Of a stretch of 64,000 nucleotides of DNA, positions 19,087 through 29,026 are shown piece by piece. A program made the position numbers and the translations under genes. A model generated the notes under the pieces. It saw only the letters and a list, made by a program, of their open reading frames with translations, had not been told where the DNA came from and ran no database searches. Numbering within the stretch: the first letter of the stretch is position 1; every line of letters starts with the position of its first letter. The stretch is from Candidatus Geohabitans tengchongensis (GTDB lineage Bacteria > Sysuimicrobiota > Sysuimicrobiia > Sysuimicrobiales > Humicultoraceae), in contig JAVKIH010000008.1 in the NCBI GenBank assembly GCA_031459625.1, forward strand, positions 26,030-90,029, written 5' to 3'.

Positions 19087-19923
19087 CTACTGCGTGGGCT
19101 TCCACTCCTCGAACCACTTCTTCTGGAGCTGGGCCAGGGTGCCGTTGGCCTTGAGCTGGTCCAGCGCGGCGTTGAAGGCGTTGCGCAGCTCCGTGTTGCC
19201 CTCGCGCACCACGATCCCCAGCTGGTCCCGCGTCAGCTTCTCCCCGACGGTCTTCAGCTTCCCGGGGTTGGTCCCCATGTACCCGAGCGCGGCCACGCTG
19301 TCGATGATCACCGCGTCCACGTCCCGGTTGAGCAGGGCCTGCACCGCCAGGTCGAAGGTGCGGTAGCGCTTGACCTCCTTGACCTTCCCCTCCTTCTGCA
19401 TCTGGGTGGCCAGCTCGTCGTTGGTGGTGCCGATCTGGACGGCCACCGTCTTGTCGGCCAGGTCCTCGGCCCCGCGGATGCGCGTCTCGTCCTGGCGCAC
19501 CAGGACCTGCTGCCCCACCTCGATGTAGGGCTGGGTGAAGTCGACGGTCTTGTCCCGCTCCGCGGTGATGGTGATGCCGGAGATGGCCACGTCGAAGTCG
19601 CCCTTCTGGACGCCGGCCAGCACGCCCTCCCAGGCCACGCTCTGGATCTGGGGCTTGCAGTTGGCCAGCTTGCAGATCTCGGTGATCAGGTCGACGTCGA
19701 AGCCGATGATGTTCTTGTTCGGGTCGAGCATCTCGAAGGGCGGGTAGGTAGCGTCGGTGGCGACGCGAAGCGTCCGGCCGCCCAGGTCGGGGACCTGCCC
19801 TGCCGCCGGCGAGGCCTGGCCGGGCGGAGCCTGCTGCGCTTGCCGCTGGCAGCCGGCCGCGACCAGCACGGCCACCAGCAGGGCCACCAGCACGATGCCT
19901 CGCGGAGTTCTCCTCATGGGCAC
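19087..19923 (-). CDS. Polar/basic amino acid ABC substrate-binding lipoprotein (family 3)
   Basis: Lipobox VAAGC; DATYPPFE, GFDVDL, ITITAER, VQIGTT. Confidence 0.92.
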   Translation of the reverse strand: MPMRRTPRGIVLVALLVAVLVAAGCQRQAQQAPPGQASPAAGQVPDLGGRTLRVATDATYPPFEMLDPNKNIIGFDVDLITEICKLANCKPQIQSVAWEGVLAGVQKGDFDVAISGITITAERDKTVDFTQPYIEVGQQVLVRQDETRIRGAEDLADKTVAVQIGTTNDELATQMQKEGKVKEVKRYRTFDLAVQALLNRDVDAVIIDSVAALGYMGTNPGKLKTVGEKLTRDQLGIVVREGNTELRNAFNAALDQLKANGTLAQLQKKWFEEWKPTQ

Positions 19924-20078
19924 CCTCCCCCCTCCGGGGCGTTCATCCTGCGCCGTCTACCAGGGACTATAATCTAGTTTGCACGTCACCGCCGGTTTTC
20001 CTGGCGTGGGGGCGGCGCGGTCGTCCGCCGGCGAGGCCGGCCGCCGTGACACCCGCTCCTGGCAGGAGGGAGGGACCT

Positions 20079-20594
20079 GTGAGGACGCGTGACCTGGCTG
20101 CCGCCGGGATCTTCATCGCCCTGGTCTTCGTCATCACCCGGTACACGGTGATGCCCATCCCGGCGACGAAGGGCTACTTCAACCTGGGCGAGGTGGCCAT
20201 CTACATCGCGGCCATCGCCTTCGGCCCGCTGGTGGGGCTGCTCGCCGGAGGCCTGGGGTCGGCGCTGGCGGACCTGCACGCCGGGTACCAGCACTACGCC
20301 CTCTTCACGCTGATCATCAAGGGGGTGGAAGGGTACCTGGTGGGCCGCCTGGCTGGCGCCACGCTGGGGAGCCGCCTGCGGGGGCTCGTCGTGGGCGGGG
20401 CGTGGATGGTGCTGGGCTACTTCCTGGCCCAGACTGTCTTCTTCCGGTTCCTGGGCTTCGCGGACACGCGCAGCGCGGCCCTGACGGCGGCCCTCACCGA
20501 GCTGCCCTTCAACGTGGTGCAGGCGGTGGTGGGGATCGTCGTGGCCCTGCCGGTGACGCTGCGCCTGCGGGCGCTGGCGGGGCAGGCGTCCTAG
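20079..20594 (+). CDS. ECF transporter S component
   Basis: PIPATKGYFNLGE, GLGSALADL..GY, TLIIKG, ELPFNVVQ. Confidence 0.85.
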   Translation: MRTRDLAAAGIFIALVFVITRYTVMPIPATKGYFNLGEVAIYIAAIAFGPLVGLLAGGLGSALADLHAGYQHYALFTLIIKGVEGYLVGRLAGATLGSRLRGLVVGGAWMVLGYFLAQTVFFRFLGFADTRSAALTAALTELPFNVVQAVVGIVVALPVTLRLRALAGQAS

Positions 20595-20672
20595 GACGCC
20601 GGGCGGCCGACCCGCCGGCCGCGCTCGGTTCCCTCCCCGGTGTAGCTCCGGTATACTGAGGGTGTCTGCCGC

Positions 20673-20747
20673 GGGCGCTTAGCTCAGAGGTAGAGCGCCT
20701 CTCTGACGCAGAGGAGGTCGGAGGTTCAAGTCCTCCAGCGCCCACCA
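20673..20747 (+). tRNA. tRNA-Val (anticodon GAC)
   Basis: GGGCGCT/AGCGCCC acceptor stem, GCTC/GAGC D arm, CCTCT-CTGACGC-AGAGG anticodon arm, GGAGG-TTCAAGT-CCTCC T arm, encoded CCA; TATACT at 20652. Confidence 0.95.
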
Positions 20748-20760
20748 CTCGAAAATGTAG

Positions 20761-20791
20761 ACGGGACGCGGGGTTTCGCACCGCGTCCCGT
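20761..20791 (+). terminator. Hairpin just downstream of tRNA-Val
   Basis: ACGGGACGCGG-N9-CCGCGTCCCGT, perfect 11-bp stem. Confidence 0.55.
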
Positions 20792-20830
20792 TACGCTTCC
20801 TTCCCGCCGGAGGCCCTGACTACAGCTTAA

Positions 20831-21083
20831 TTACAGCCATTCTAAGGGAATCACCGAGTGCACGCGGCGCAGCCAGTCTTCTGCGAACTCCCCGAACCGC
20901 GCCGTCCGCGAGGCGGCAGGTTCGAGATCCCTAGGCGCGTTTGGCCTCGCGCTGCGCGAGCACCTTCCGGGCCAGGCGCCGGCCCTCGTCCCCTTCCCCG
21001 ATGGTCTGTCGGATCCGCTGGCCGCTCGCCGCGATGTTGTCGATGAAGAACACGACACGGCTCCGCCACGTACGCTTGTGCAT
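20831..21083 (-). pseudogene. Frameshifted N-terminal remnant of a tyrosine integrase
   Basis: Joining frames gives MHKRTWRSRVVFFIDNIAASGQRIRQTIGEGDEGRRLARKVLAQREA..LGISNLP.ASRTARFGEFAEDWLRRV, resembling integrase arm-binding and core-binding starts; faces the tRNA 3' end. Confidence 0.6.
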
Positions 21084-21213
21084 AAATCCCCCTCCCCGGG
21101 GTACGTCGCAGGTTCTGAGAGCGGGCCCCAGGGAGCTGAGGTACCCGCTCCGAGAAGGACAGCGATCCCCAGTCCTGTGAAGATCGCGACCAGCAGCCAT
21201 ACAGCGAAAACGC

Positions 21214-21672
21214 CTAGCGCGGGATCTTCCGGCGCAGCGTCAGCTCGCTGCGCCCACTGTCCTTGTCGAGGACGACCTCGTCGACGAAGGTGCGGATGAG
21301 GAAGAAGCCCAGTCCCGGGCGGCTGAGGCTGCTCGGCCGGCCCGGCGGGGGCAGCTCCCAGGCCAGGTGGCGGCTCGTGGTGCGGCACTCGAAGACGCCG
21401 CGGCGCACGCGGTGCTGCACCCGCACCAGGTCCTCCTGGCGGCTGGGGGAGCCGTGGGTGGCGGCATTCGCGACCGCCTCGTGGACGGCCATCGCCAGGT
21501 CCCAGGCGGCCTGCTCGGCGAAGCCGGCCTCCCGCGCCCGTCGGTAGATCTCGGCCCGGATGGCCTGAAAGGGGACCTGCCCGGCCACGTCCTCGAAGAT
21601 GGTCGTCCATTCGTTGTCGGAGCCAACGGAGGGGTGGGAGTGCGTCGGCGTGCCGTTGGCGGGACCTTCCAC
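21214..21672 (-). CDS. Anti-sigma factor / Ser kinase (RsbW-like, HATPase_c_2)
   Basis: DLAMAVHEAVANAATHG N-box; GLGFFLIRTFVDEV; start uncertain. Confidence 0.75.
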   Translation of the reverse strand: MEGPANGTPTHSHPSVGSDNEWTTIFEDVAGQVPFQAIRAEIYRRAREAGFAEQAAWDLAMAVHEAVANAATHGSPSRQEDLVRVQHRVRRGVFECRTTSRHLAWELPPPGRPSSLSRPGLGFFLIRTFVDEVVLDKDSGRSELTLRRKIPR

Positions 21673-21696
21673 CAGCGCCTCCTCCTGGCCCGGGGG

Positions 21697-22059
21697 TCAG
21701 TTCCCGCGCGGGTCCTCCATCAGGAAGGCCGTCGCCGCGGCCACGCTGTCACAGACCTGAATGCGCTCGTCGAGCCGGACGATGTTCAGCAGTCGCCGAA
21801 TGGACGACCGCTCCGGCGCCACCAGCGCCAGGCGGGTGCCGTGCTCGCTGGCCAGCACGGCGATCTGGTCCAGCACGCGCAAACCGCTGGCATCGAAGAA
21901 CTCCGCCTCCGACAGATACACCACGAGATCCCGCCCCCGCCGCGCGGCCTCGGCCAGCCTGGTGCGGAGCGCCGGCGCGGTCAGGATGTCCACCTCACCC
22001 CGCACGCGGACGATCGTGACTGCATTCCCTTCCACGATGACCTCCAACGTGTCCGGCAT
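21697..22059 (-). CDS. STAS-domain anti-sigma-factor antagonist (RsbV-like)
   Basis: VRGEVDILTAPALR, LSEAEFFDASGLRVL. Confidence 0.85.
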   Translation of the reverse strand: MPDTLEVIVEGNAVTIVRVRGEVDILTAPALRTRLAEAARRGRDLVVYLSEAEFFDASGLRVLDQIAVLASEHGTRLALVAPERSSIRRLLNIVRLDERIQVCDSVAAATAFLMEDPRGN

Positions 22060-22341
22060 GGCCCTCCCCCTTGCCAGGCCGACACTCCGACCACCAGGTG
22101 CCCTCGGCCAGTGGTGGGAAGGCTTCACCGTGGCTGCCCTGTCCCCTGCCCTGCAGGCCGCCGTCACCGGCAGGGCGCGCATGCGCATCCGCCAGGCGGG
22201 ACATTTCCCCTCGAGACCGTACATTCTGTGGTAGACGTCGCCGGGTGGGTCGCTGCTCGGCTACCGGCAGCAGCCCCCCGGGGAGGGATGCCTCGTCCCT
22301 GTCCCGGAGCGGGGCGCCCCCTGCGCTGTTCGGGAACGGGC

Positions 22342-22968
22342 ATGGAGCTGGCCACCGTCATCAAGAACCGCTCGATGTGCCGGCGCTACCACGACCGTGA
22401 CGTGGAACCGGAGAAGCTGGCGCGCATCCTCGACCTGGCCCGCCGCTTCCCCTCGGCCGGACACACCCAGCCCCAGGAGTTCATCGTCGTGCGGGACCAG
22501 GCGGTGAAGGACGCCCTGGCCCAGGCGGCGCTGGCACAGACCTTCCTCGCCGAGGCGCCCGTGGTGATCGCCGTCGTCGCCGACACCCGCCGCTCGGCCG
22601 CCCGCTACGGTCAACGGGGCGTCCACTTCTACAGCCTCATCGACGGGGCGTTTGCCGCCATGCTCGTCTTGCTCGCCGCGGTCGACCAGGGGCTGGGGGC
22701 CGCCTTCGTCGGGGCGTTCGACGACCGGGAGGTCCAGCGGGTCCTCGGGGTGCCGGCCCCCGTGCGGCCGATCGGCCTCATCGCGCTCGGTTACTGCCGG
22801 GAGGGCGGGCGGCGGCGGCTCCCTCGGCGCCGGCCGGACGAGATCCTCCACTACGATCGCTACGGCCGCCGGGGGGCCGCGGTGGGAGGCCGGGCTGGCG
22901 CTCCTCGGCCTGACCGGGTTCAGCGACGCACGGGCGAGGGCGGTGCGGTCACGGCGTCAGTTCCATGA
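22342..22968 (+). CDS. Nitroreductase family protein
   Basis: NRSMCRRY, PSAGHTQPQEFIVV, GLGAAFVGAF, IALGY; extended tail after LHYDRY. Confidence 0.85.
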   Translation: MELATVIKNRSMCRRYHDRDVEPEKLARILDLARRFPSAGHTQPQEFIVVRDQAVKDALAQAALAQTFLAEAPVVIAVVADTRRSAARYGQRGVHFYSLIDGAFAAMLVLLAAVDQGLGAAFVGAFDDREVQRVLGVPAPVRPIGLIALGYCREGGRRRLPRRRPDEILHYDRYGRRGAAVGGRAGAPRPDRVQRRTGEGGAVTASVP

Positions 22969-23974
22969 CCTGCTGCTCCGGGTCCCAGCGGGTGCGCGTG
23001 CCGAAGGGGTGGCACAGCCTGGCCAGCAGCCCGGCGATCGCCTCCGCCTCCGCCGGGTCGGCCCGGGAGGCCTGCATGGCCCGGATCACCGTCGGGTAGA
23101 GCCGCACCCGCCGCACCGCCCCCGCCGCCCACTCGACGATGCAGATCACCGACTGGTCGTTCCGCTCGACCTCGTCGACCGCGTAGTCGTCGACGAAGTC
23201 CCCCAGGCAGTAGAGGATCGGGCGACCGCGGTAGAACTCGACGCCGCGGACCACGTGGCCGGAGTGGCCGAAGATGATGTCCGCGCCCGCGTCGACCAGC
23301 GCCCGGGCGAAGGGCGGGTGCTCGGGCGGCGGGCGGTAGCCCCAGTTCGGTCCCCAGTGGGCGGAGACGACGAGCACGTCCACCTCGGCCTTCGTCCGGG
23401 CGACCACCTCCAGGAGGTGCACCGCCCGCGGGTCCTCGAGGGTGACGGGGACGTACCACACCCCCGGACGGTCGTCCCCGGCCTCCCAGTCGGGCTCGTT
23501 GTCCGTGAAGGCGAGCACCCCGACGCGCAGCCCGCCGCGGACGACCACCGCCGGGCGCGTCGCCTCGGCGAGGGTGCGCCCCGCCCCGGCGTGGGCGATC
23601 CCCGCGCGGTCGAGCCGGTCGAGCATCTCCAGGAGGGCGTCCGCCTCGAAGTCGAAGGTGTGGTTGTTGGCCAGGGCGACGACGTCGATCCCGGCGACCT
23701 GGAGCACCTGTACGTTCTTCCCGTCGGACCGGAAGTGGAAGACCTTGGGCGTGGCGCTCCACGGCCGGCCGCGGTCGGCGATGACGCACTCCAGGTTGCA
23801 GCAGCGGACGTCGGCGGTGCGCACGAGGTCGAGGGTGTCGCCCCACGGGTAGTCCGGGGGGACCCGCCGCAACAGGTCGTTCACCAGGCGGCCCAGCATG
23901 ACGTCGCCGACGAAGAGGAGCTGGATCCCACCCACGCTTCTATTGTCGACCACCCTGAGCCGCCCGCGGGCCAT
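22949..23974 (-). CDS. CapA family (PGA_cap) metallophosphoesterase
   Basis: [40 protein letters not shown]; start uncertain. Confidence 0.88.
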   Translation of the reverse strand: MARGRLRVVDNRSVGGIQLLFVGDVMLGRLVNDLLRRVPPDYPWGDTLDLVRTADVRCCNLECVIADRGRPWSATPKVFHFRSDGKNVQVLQVAGIDVVALANNHTFDFEADALLEMLDRLDRAGIAHAGAGRTLAEATRPAVVVRGGLRVGVLAFTDNEPDWEAGDDRPGVWYVPVTLEDPRAVHLLEVVARTKAEVDVLVVSAHWGPNWGYRPPPEHPPFARALVDAGADIIFGHSGHVVRGVEFYRGRPILYCLGDFVDDYAVDEVERNDQSVICIVEWAAGAVRRVRLYPTVIRAMQASRADPAEAEAIAGLLARLCHPFGTRTRWDPEQQVMELTP

Positions 23975-24098
23975 GAGGGATCCCGGAGGAATCCCGGCGG
24001 TCGCCGCCGACGTTGTTCCTTATGAGCCCCGGGAACCGGTCTGGCCGGACCGAGGGTGCACGGAGGCCGTCCGGCCGCAGCGGCGAGAGGAGGCCGAG

Positions 24099-25271
24099 AT
24101 GCTTCACAACCGTCCTACCGCCCACCTGGCGCACATCATCGTCCTGACCGTGGTGACCTGGGCGCTGGGCGTCCTCGTCGCCACGGTGCCGGTGGCCGGG
24201 CAGGCGCCGCGCTCACCCACGCCCGAGCCCACCGACGCTCCCGTCCGCGTCGAGACCGTCGCGCGCGGCCTGGAGCACCCGTGGGGGCTGGCCTTCCTGC
24301 CGGACGGGCGAATGCTGGTCACGGAGCGGCCGGGCCGGCTACGCCTGGTGGAGCGGGACGGACGGCTCTCGGAGCCGCTGTCCGGCGTCCCCCCGGTGTA
24401 CGCCCGGGGCCAGGGCGGGCTGCTGGACGTGGCCCTCAGCCCGACCTTCGCGCAGGACCGCCTCGTCTACCTCTCGTTCGCGGAGCCGGGGGCCGGGGGT
24501 GCCGGAACCGCCGTCGCCCGCGGCCGGCTCGGGGAACGGGGCCTGGACGGGACCCAGGTGATCTGGCGGCAGCAGCCCAAGGTCGAAGGCCCCAACCACT
24601 GGGGGTCCCGCCTGGTCTTCCGGCGCGACGGGACGCTCTTCGTCACGCTGGGCGACCGCTTCGCCTACCGGGAGCGGGCCCAGGACCTCTCCACCACCAT
24701 CGGCAAGATCGTGCGCCTCAACGCCGACGGATCGGTGCCGCGCGACAACCCCTTCGTGGGCCGCCCGGGCGCGCGTCCCGAGATCTGGTCCTACGGGCAC
24801 CGGAACGTCCAGGCCGCCGCCCTCCACCCGCAGACGGGACAGCTGTGGACCGCAGAGCACGGCCCGCGCGGGGGCGACGAGCTGAACCACCCGGAGGCCG
24901 GCAAGAACTACGGCTGGCCGGTGATCACCTACGGGGTCGACTACTCCGGCGCCCGCATCGGCGAGGGGACGGCGAAGCCGGGCATGGAGCAGCCGGTCTA
25001 CTACTGGGATCCGGTCATCGCGCCGTCAGGGATGACCTTCTACACCGGCCAGGTCTTCCCCGACTGGCGGGGGAGCCTCTTCATCGGCTCGCTGCGTCCG
25101 GGGCTGCTGGTGCGGTTGACGCTGGCCGACGGCCGCGTGACCCGGGAGGAGCGCTACCTGGCGCACCTACGGGAGCGCATCCGCGACGTCCGGCAAGGGC
25201 CGGACGGCCTGCTCTACCTGCTCACGGACAGCCCCGAGGGGCGCATCCTGCGGGTGGCCCCGGCGCGCTAG
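24099..25271 (+). CDS. PQQ-dependent sugar dehydrogenase (YliI/Asd-like)
   Basis: Signal peptide; [57 protein letters not shown]. Confidence 0.92.
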   Translation: MLHNRPTAHLAHIIVLTVVTWALGVLVATVPVAGQAPRSPTPEPTDAPVRVETVARGLEHPWGLAFLPDGRMLVTERPGRLRLVERDGRLSEPLSGVPPVYARGQGGLLDVALSPTFAQDRLVYLSFAEPGAGGAGTAVARGRLGERGLDGTQVIWRQQPKVEGPNHWGSRLVFRRDGTLFVTLGDRFAYRERAQDLSTTIGKIVRLNADGSVPRDNPFVGRPGARPEIWSYGHRNVQAAALHPQTGQLWTAEHGPRGGDELNHPEAGKNYGWPVITYGVDYSGARIGEGTAKPGMEQPVYYWDPVIAPSGMTFYTGQVFPDWRGSLFIGSLRPGLLVRLTLADGRVTREERYLAHLRERIRDVRQGPDGLLYLLTDSPEGRILRVAPAR

Positions 25272-25320
25272 CGCCGGGCGCCGCCATCGCACACCAGACG
25301 ACGGGGAAGGGGGTGGTCTC

Positions 25321-25740
25321 ATGACTCCAGTGGATTGGGGGTTGCTGGTCCTGCGCGTCGGGCTGGGGGTGACGTTCCTGCCTCACGGCTGGAACAAGAT
25401 CACCCCCCGGGGCCCGATGAGGGGGCCGGCGGGGTTTGCTGGCTGGCTGCGGCAGCTGGGGGTGCCGGCGCCGCTCTTCTTCGCCTGGGTCGTGGCGCTG
25501 ATGGAGTCGGTGGGGGCGGTGCTGCTCATCCTGGGGCTGCTCACGCGCCTGATCGCGCTGGGCCTGGCCATCAACATGCTCGTGGCCATCACGCTGGTCA
25601 AGCGGGGGATGGCCAAGAAGCGCTTCATAGAGGCGGACGGGACCGGATGGGAGTTGGAGTTCGCCCTGCTGGTGGCGGCGCTGGCGCTGGTGCTGGCGGG
25701 GGCTGGGCGGATCGCCCTCGACCCGATGGTCGGGCTGTAG
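25321..25740 (+). CDS. DoxX family membrane protein
   Basis: LLVLRVGLG..F..HG..K, GLLTR, GWELEF, GAGRIALD. Confidence 0.88.
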   Translation: MTPVDWGLLVLRVGLGVTFLPHGWNKITPRGPMRGPAGFAGWLRQLGVPAPLFFAWVVALMESVGAVLLILGLLTRLIALGLAINMLVAITLVKRGMAKKRFIEADGTGWELEFALLVAALALVLAGAGRIALDPMVGL

Positions 25741-25965
25741 CATGAAGGGTACGGCACTCCCTCTTCCAGTCCTTTCTTCCAGTGAAGGGGAATCCCCCGA
25801 CCGCCAGATTGCCAGCTCCATGGATCCACCCGCCATCGTCACTGAGGGGGGAGTGTCCGTGCGCGGCATCGAGATCCGGGACCGGGGAGCGTACCTGACC
25901 AGGCGTCACGCCGATGCTCCGTCGGCGCGGCAGGCCTTTCAGGTTCGGGAGTAGAACACCCCCTC

Positions 25966-26619
25966 GTGTTCCTGGGTCACTACGGGGCGGCCTTCGCCGT
26001 CAGGCCTGCCGCGCCGCGTCTCCCGTTGGGGACCTGCGTGCTGGCGGCGCAGTGGGCCGACCTGCTGTGGCCCGCGCTGCTGCTGGCGGGGGTCGAGCGG
26101 GTGCGCATCACCCCGGGCACGACCGTCCTGAACCCCCTCGAGTTCATCCACTACCCCGTGAGTCACAGCCTCCTGGCCCTGGTCGGTTGGGGAGTCGCGC
26201 TGGGCGGGCTCACCTGGTGGCGCCGGCGGGCCCTGGCGGACGGGGTCGTGATTGCCGCCCTGGTAGTCAGCCACTGGGTTCTCGACCTGTTCGTCCACCG
26301 GCCCGACCTGCCGGTCTGGCCCGGCAGTCCGCCAGCAGGCCTGGGCCTATGGAACTCCCCACTCGCCACGTACCTGCTCGAGGCCGGCACCCTGCTCGTG
26401 GGGCTGGTGCTCTACCTGCGCGCCACCGTCCCCCGTGACCGCGTGGGGGCTCTGGCGCTGTGGGGGGTCGTCCTGGTGCTCGCGGCGGCGTACCTCGCGG
26501 GCGTCCTGGGCCCGCCCCCGGCTTCCGTCCAGGGGGTGGCGGTGACCGCGCTGGTGGGCGGCTGGGCGCTCGTGGCCTGGGCCTACTGGATCGACCGGCA
26601 CCGCAGGGCGGCCTCGTAG
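25966..26619 (+). CDS. Membrane protein, putative metal-dependent hydrolase
   Basis: MFLGH, DLLWP, HYPVSHSL, SHWVLD..VH.PDL, GLGLWN; multiple TM segments. Confidence 0.7.
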   Translation: MFLGHYGAAFAVRPAAPRLPLGTCVLAAQWADLLWPALLLAGVERVRITPGTTVLNPLEFIHYPVSHSLLALVGWGVALGGLTWWRRRALADGVVIAALVVSHWVLDLFVHRPDLPVWPGSPPAGLGLWNSPLATYLLEAGTLLVGLVLYLRATVPRDRVGALALWGVVLVLAAAYLAGVLGPPPASVQGVAVTALVGGWALVAWAYWIDRHRRAAS

Positions 26620-26780
26620 CACCGACCCACCTTCGCTCGGGTGGCTACACTCGGGGACAGGCGGCCACCCAGGACGACCAGGAGCACGGTTACGGCCAGC
26701 GGGCCGGGAGGCGCAGCACCAGACCGCGGGCGCCCTCGACCCGCACGCGCCCTCGACTCGCACGCGCATACCGTCGCTAC

Positions 26781-26827
26781 TTGACAGTGGACCCCGACCC
26801 CGACTATTGATTGATCGATCAATCAAT
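26781..26827 (+). promoter_or_regulatory. Promoter with perfect 22-bp palindromic operator (putative TetR site)
   Basis: TTGACA at 26781; ATTGATTGATCGATCAATCAAT at 26806-26827 overlapping the -10/+1 region. Confidence 0.75.
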
Positions 26828-26876
26828 TTCTTCCCCGTCGATGGTCGTTCGGCGTGTGGGACTGCGGGGTGGCAGG

Positions 26877-28292
26877 ATGCGCGTGGGGGGCAGGGGGTCG
26901 ACGTCGGGCAGGGGGTGGGACGGCGGCCGGCGGCACGGACGTCGTCCGCAAGGGCGACCGGGCTCCCTGGCGGTCTCCCTGGTCCTGGGCCTCGTGCTCG
27001 TGAGCCAGCCCATGCCGGCGGCGGCCCAGCCGGCACCGGCGGAGCGGTCGCTGACCTTCGCCGAGGTGGCGACGGTGGCGCTGCGGGACAGCCTGCAGCT
27101 GCGCGCGGCTGCCTTCGAGGTGGCCGTGGCGCAGGCGCAGCTCGCCCAGGCCCGCGCCGGGCGCGGGCCTCAGCTCACCGTGACGGGCAGCTACACCCGC
27201 ATCCAGGAGCGCCCCGGCCAGCAGATGACCATCCCCAACCCGTTTGGCGATCCGCCCACCGTGACCATCACCCTGCCGCCGCCCGACCCCAACGTCCTGG
27301 CGGTGCGGGTGGCCCTGCAGTACCCGCTCTACACGGGAGGACGGCTGGAGGCGCAGGTGGCCCTGGCGGAGGCCAACCTGCGCGGGGCGGAAGCCGTCTT
27401 CGCCCGCGTCCAGCAGCAGGTCGTCTCCGCGGCCCAGCAGCTCTACCTGCGCGGCCTGGCCGCCCAGGCCAACCTGCGGGCGGCGGCGAACGCGCTGGCG
27501 CAGGCGGAGGAGGGCCTGCGCGTGGCGCGTGCGCGCGAGCGGGCGGGGGTCGCGGCGCGCGTCGACGTCGTGCAGGCGGAGGTGGCGGTGGCGGGCGCGC
27601 GCCAGGGCGTGGCGCGCGCAGACGCCACGGTGCGCAGCGTGGAGGCCGAACTGAACGCTGCCCTCAACCTCCCCCTGAGCACCCCGCTTCGCCTGACGGA
27701 GGCCCTCGTCCCCCGCCCGGTCTCTATCACATTGGAGGCCGCCGTGCCGCGGGCCCTGGAGGCCCGGCCCGAGCTGCGCGAACTGCGCGCCCGCCAGGAC
27801 GCCGCCCGGGCGGCCATCGAGCTGGCGCGGAGCGGGGCGCGACCCAACGTCACCGCCGCCGTGAACTACGACGTGGGCGGGGGCGGGCTGACGAACCTGA
27901 GCGGCGCCTGGTCGGTGACGTTCGCGGTGACGCTGCTCCTCTCCGACGGGGGCGTTACTCGCGAGCGCGTCCGGGAAGCCGAACTGCGGCTGGAGCAACT
28001 CGGCGTCCAGGAGGCGCAGGTGCGCCAGCGGATCGAGCTGGAGGTGCGGCAGGCCTTCCTGGCGCTGCGGCAGGCGGCGGTGCAGATCGAGGCCGCACAG
28101 CAGGGGGTGGAGCAGGCGCGCGAAGCGCTCCGGCTGGCCCGGGTGCGCTACGAGGCCGGCGTGGGGACGGTGCTGGAGGTCCTGGCGGCTCAGACGGCGC
28201 TGGCGCAGGCGGAGGCACAGCACGCGGCGGCGCTCTTCGAGCAGAACCAGGCGCGGCTGGCGCTCCTCCTGGCCATGGGCGGCGCGTTCTGA
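26877..28292 (+). CDS. TolC family outer membrane efflux protein
   Basis: Two OEP repeats (YPLYTGGR; RYEAGVGTVLEVLAAQ); signal-like segment; start uncertain. Confidence 0.88.
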   Translation: MRVGGRGSTSGRGWDGGRRHGRRPQGRPGSLAVSLVLGLVLVSQPMPAAAQPAPAERSLTFAEVATVALRDSLQLRAAAFEVAVAQAQLAQARAGRGPQLTVTGSYTRIQERPGQQMTIPNPFGDPPTVTITLPPPDPNVLAVRVALQYPLYTGGRLEAQVALAEANLRGAEAVFARVQQQVVSAAQQLYLRGLAAQANLRAAANALAQAEEGLRVARARERAGVAARVDVVQAEVAVAGARQGVARADATVRSVEAELNAALNLPLSTPLRLTEALVPRPVSITLEAAVPRALEARPELRELRARQDAARAAIELARSGARPNVTAAVNYDVGGGGLTNLSGAWSVTFAVTLLLSDGGVTRERVREAELRLEQLGVQEAQVRQRIELEVRQAFLALRQAAVQIEAAQQGVEQAREALRLARVRYEAGVGTVLEVLAAQTALAQAEAQHAAALFEQNQARLALLLAMGGAF

Positions 28293-28336
28293 GGGCGGGA
28301 TGCGGAGGTGGCGGCGGTGCGCCACGGGGGTGAGCG

Positions 28337-29026
28337 GTGAGCCGGGGAGGGCGGACGCAGGAGCGACGGGCCGGAGGGACGGGACGGGGAAGGAAGGCGT
28401 CGGGAGACCGGCGCGAGCAGATCCTGGAAGCCGCCTTCCGCGTCTTCAGCCGCAAGGGCTTCACCGGCGCCACCAACCGGGAGATCGCCGAAGCCGCCGG
28501 GATCACACCGGGCCTGATCTACTGGTACTTCCCCACCAAGGAGGCCCTCTTCCTGGAGACCGTGTACGCGAAGTCCCCGGTCCTGGCCGTCGTGCGCCTG
28601 ACGGACGAGCTGCTGGAGGCCCCGCCGCGGGCGTTCTTCTCCCGGGTGGCGTCGATGATCTTCGAGCACATCTACGAGCAGCCGCGGATGATCGCGACGC
28701 TGCGGTTCCTCCTGGCCGAGGCCCTCCGCACGCCGGCCGTGCGACGGCTGTTCCGGGAGCACGCCCTCCGGCGTGGGCTGGAGGCCCTGGCCCGGTACAT
28801 CGCCCACCAGGTCGAACGCGGGACGCTGCGTCCCGTGGATCCCCAGATGGCCGGACGGCTCTTCCTGGGGATGGTGATGTCCCAGGTGCTGCTGGGCCGC
28901 CTGCTCGAGTTCCCCCCACCCGGGCCGACGCGGGTGCTGGTGGACGAGCTGGTGGAGACCTACCTGCGCGGCGTGCTGCGGATGCCGGAAAGGCCTGGAG
29001 CGGGAGGAGGGCGGGGGAGCTCATGA
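28337..29026 (+). CDS. TetR/AcrR family regulator
   Basis: RREQILEAAFRVFSRKGFTGATNREIAEAAGITPGLIYWYFPTKEALF. Confidence 0.93.
   Translation: MSRGGRTQERRAGGTGRGRKASGDRREQILEAAFRVFSRKGFTGATNREIAEAAGITPGLIYWYFPTKEALFLETVYAKSPVLAVVRLTDELLEAPPRAFFSRVASMIFEHIYEQPRMIATLRFLLAEALRTPAVRRLFREHALRRGLEALARYIAHQVERGTLRPVDPQMAGRLFLGMVMSQVLLGRLLEFPPPGPTRVLVDELVETYLRGVLRMPERPGAGGGRGSS

Noticed and set aside
19975..20078. Riboswitch upstream of the ECF S component
   Set aside because: GC-rich stems are possible, but no TPP, FMN, cobalamin, SAM or preQ1 consensus was recognised.
25742..25954. 70-aa ORF between DoxX and the membrane hydrolase
   Set aside because: No recognisable motif and atypical codon usage; may be a remnant but cannot be supported.
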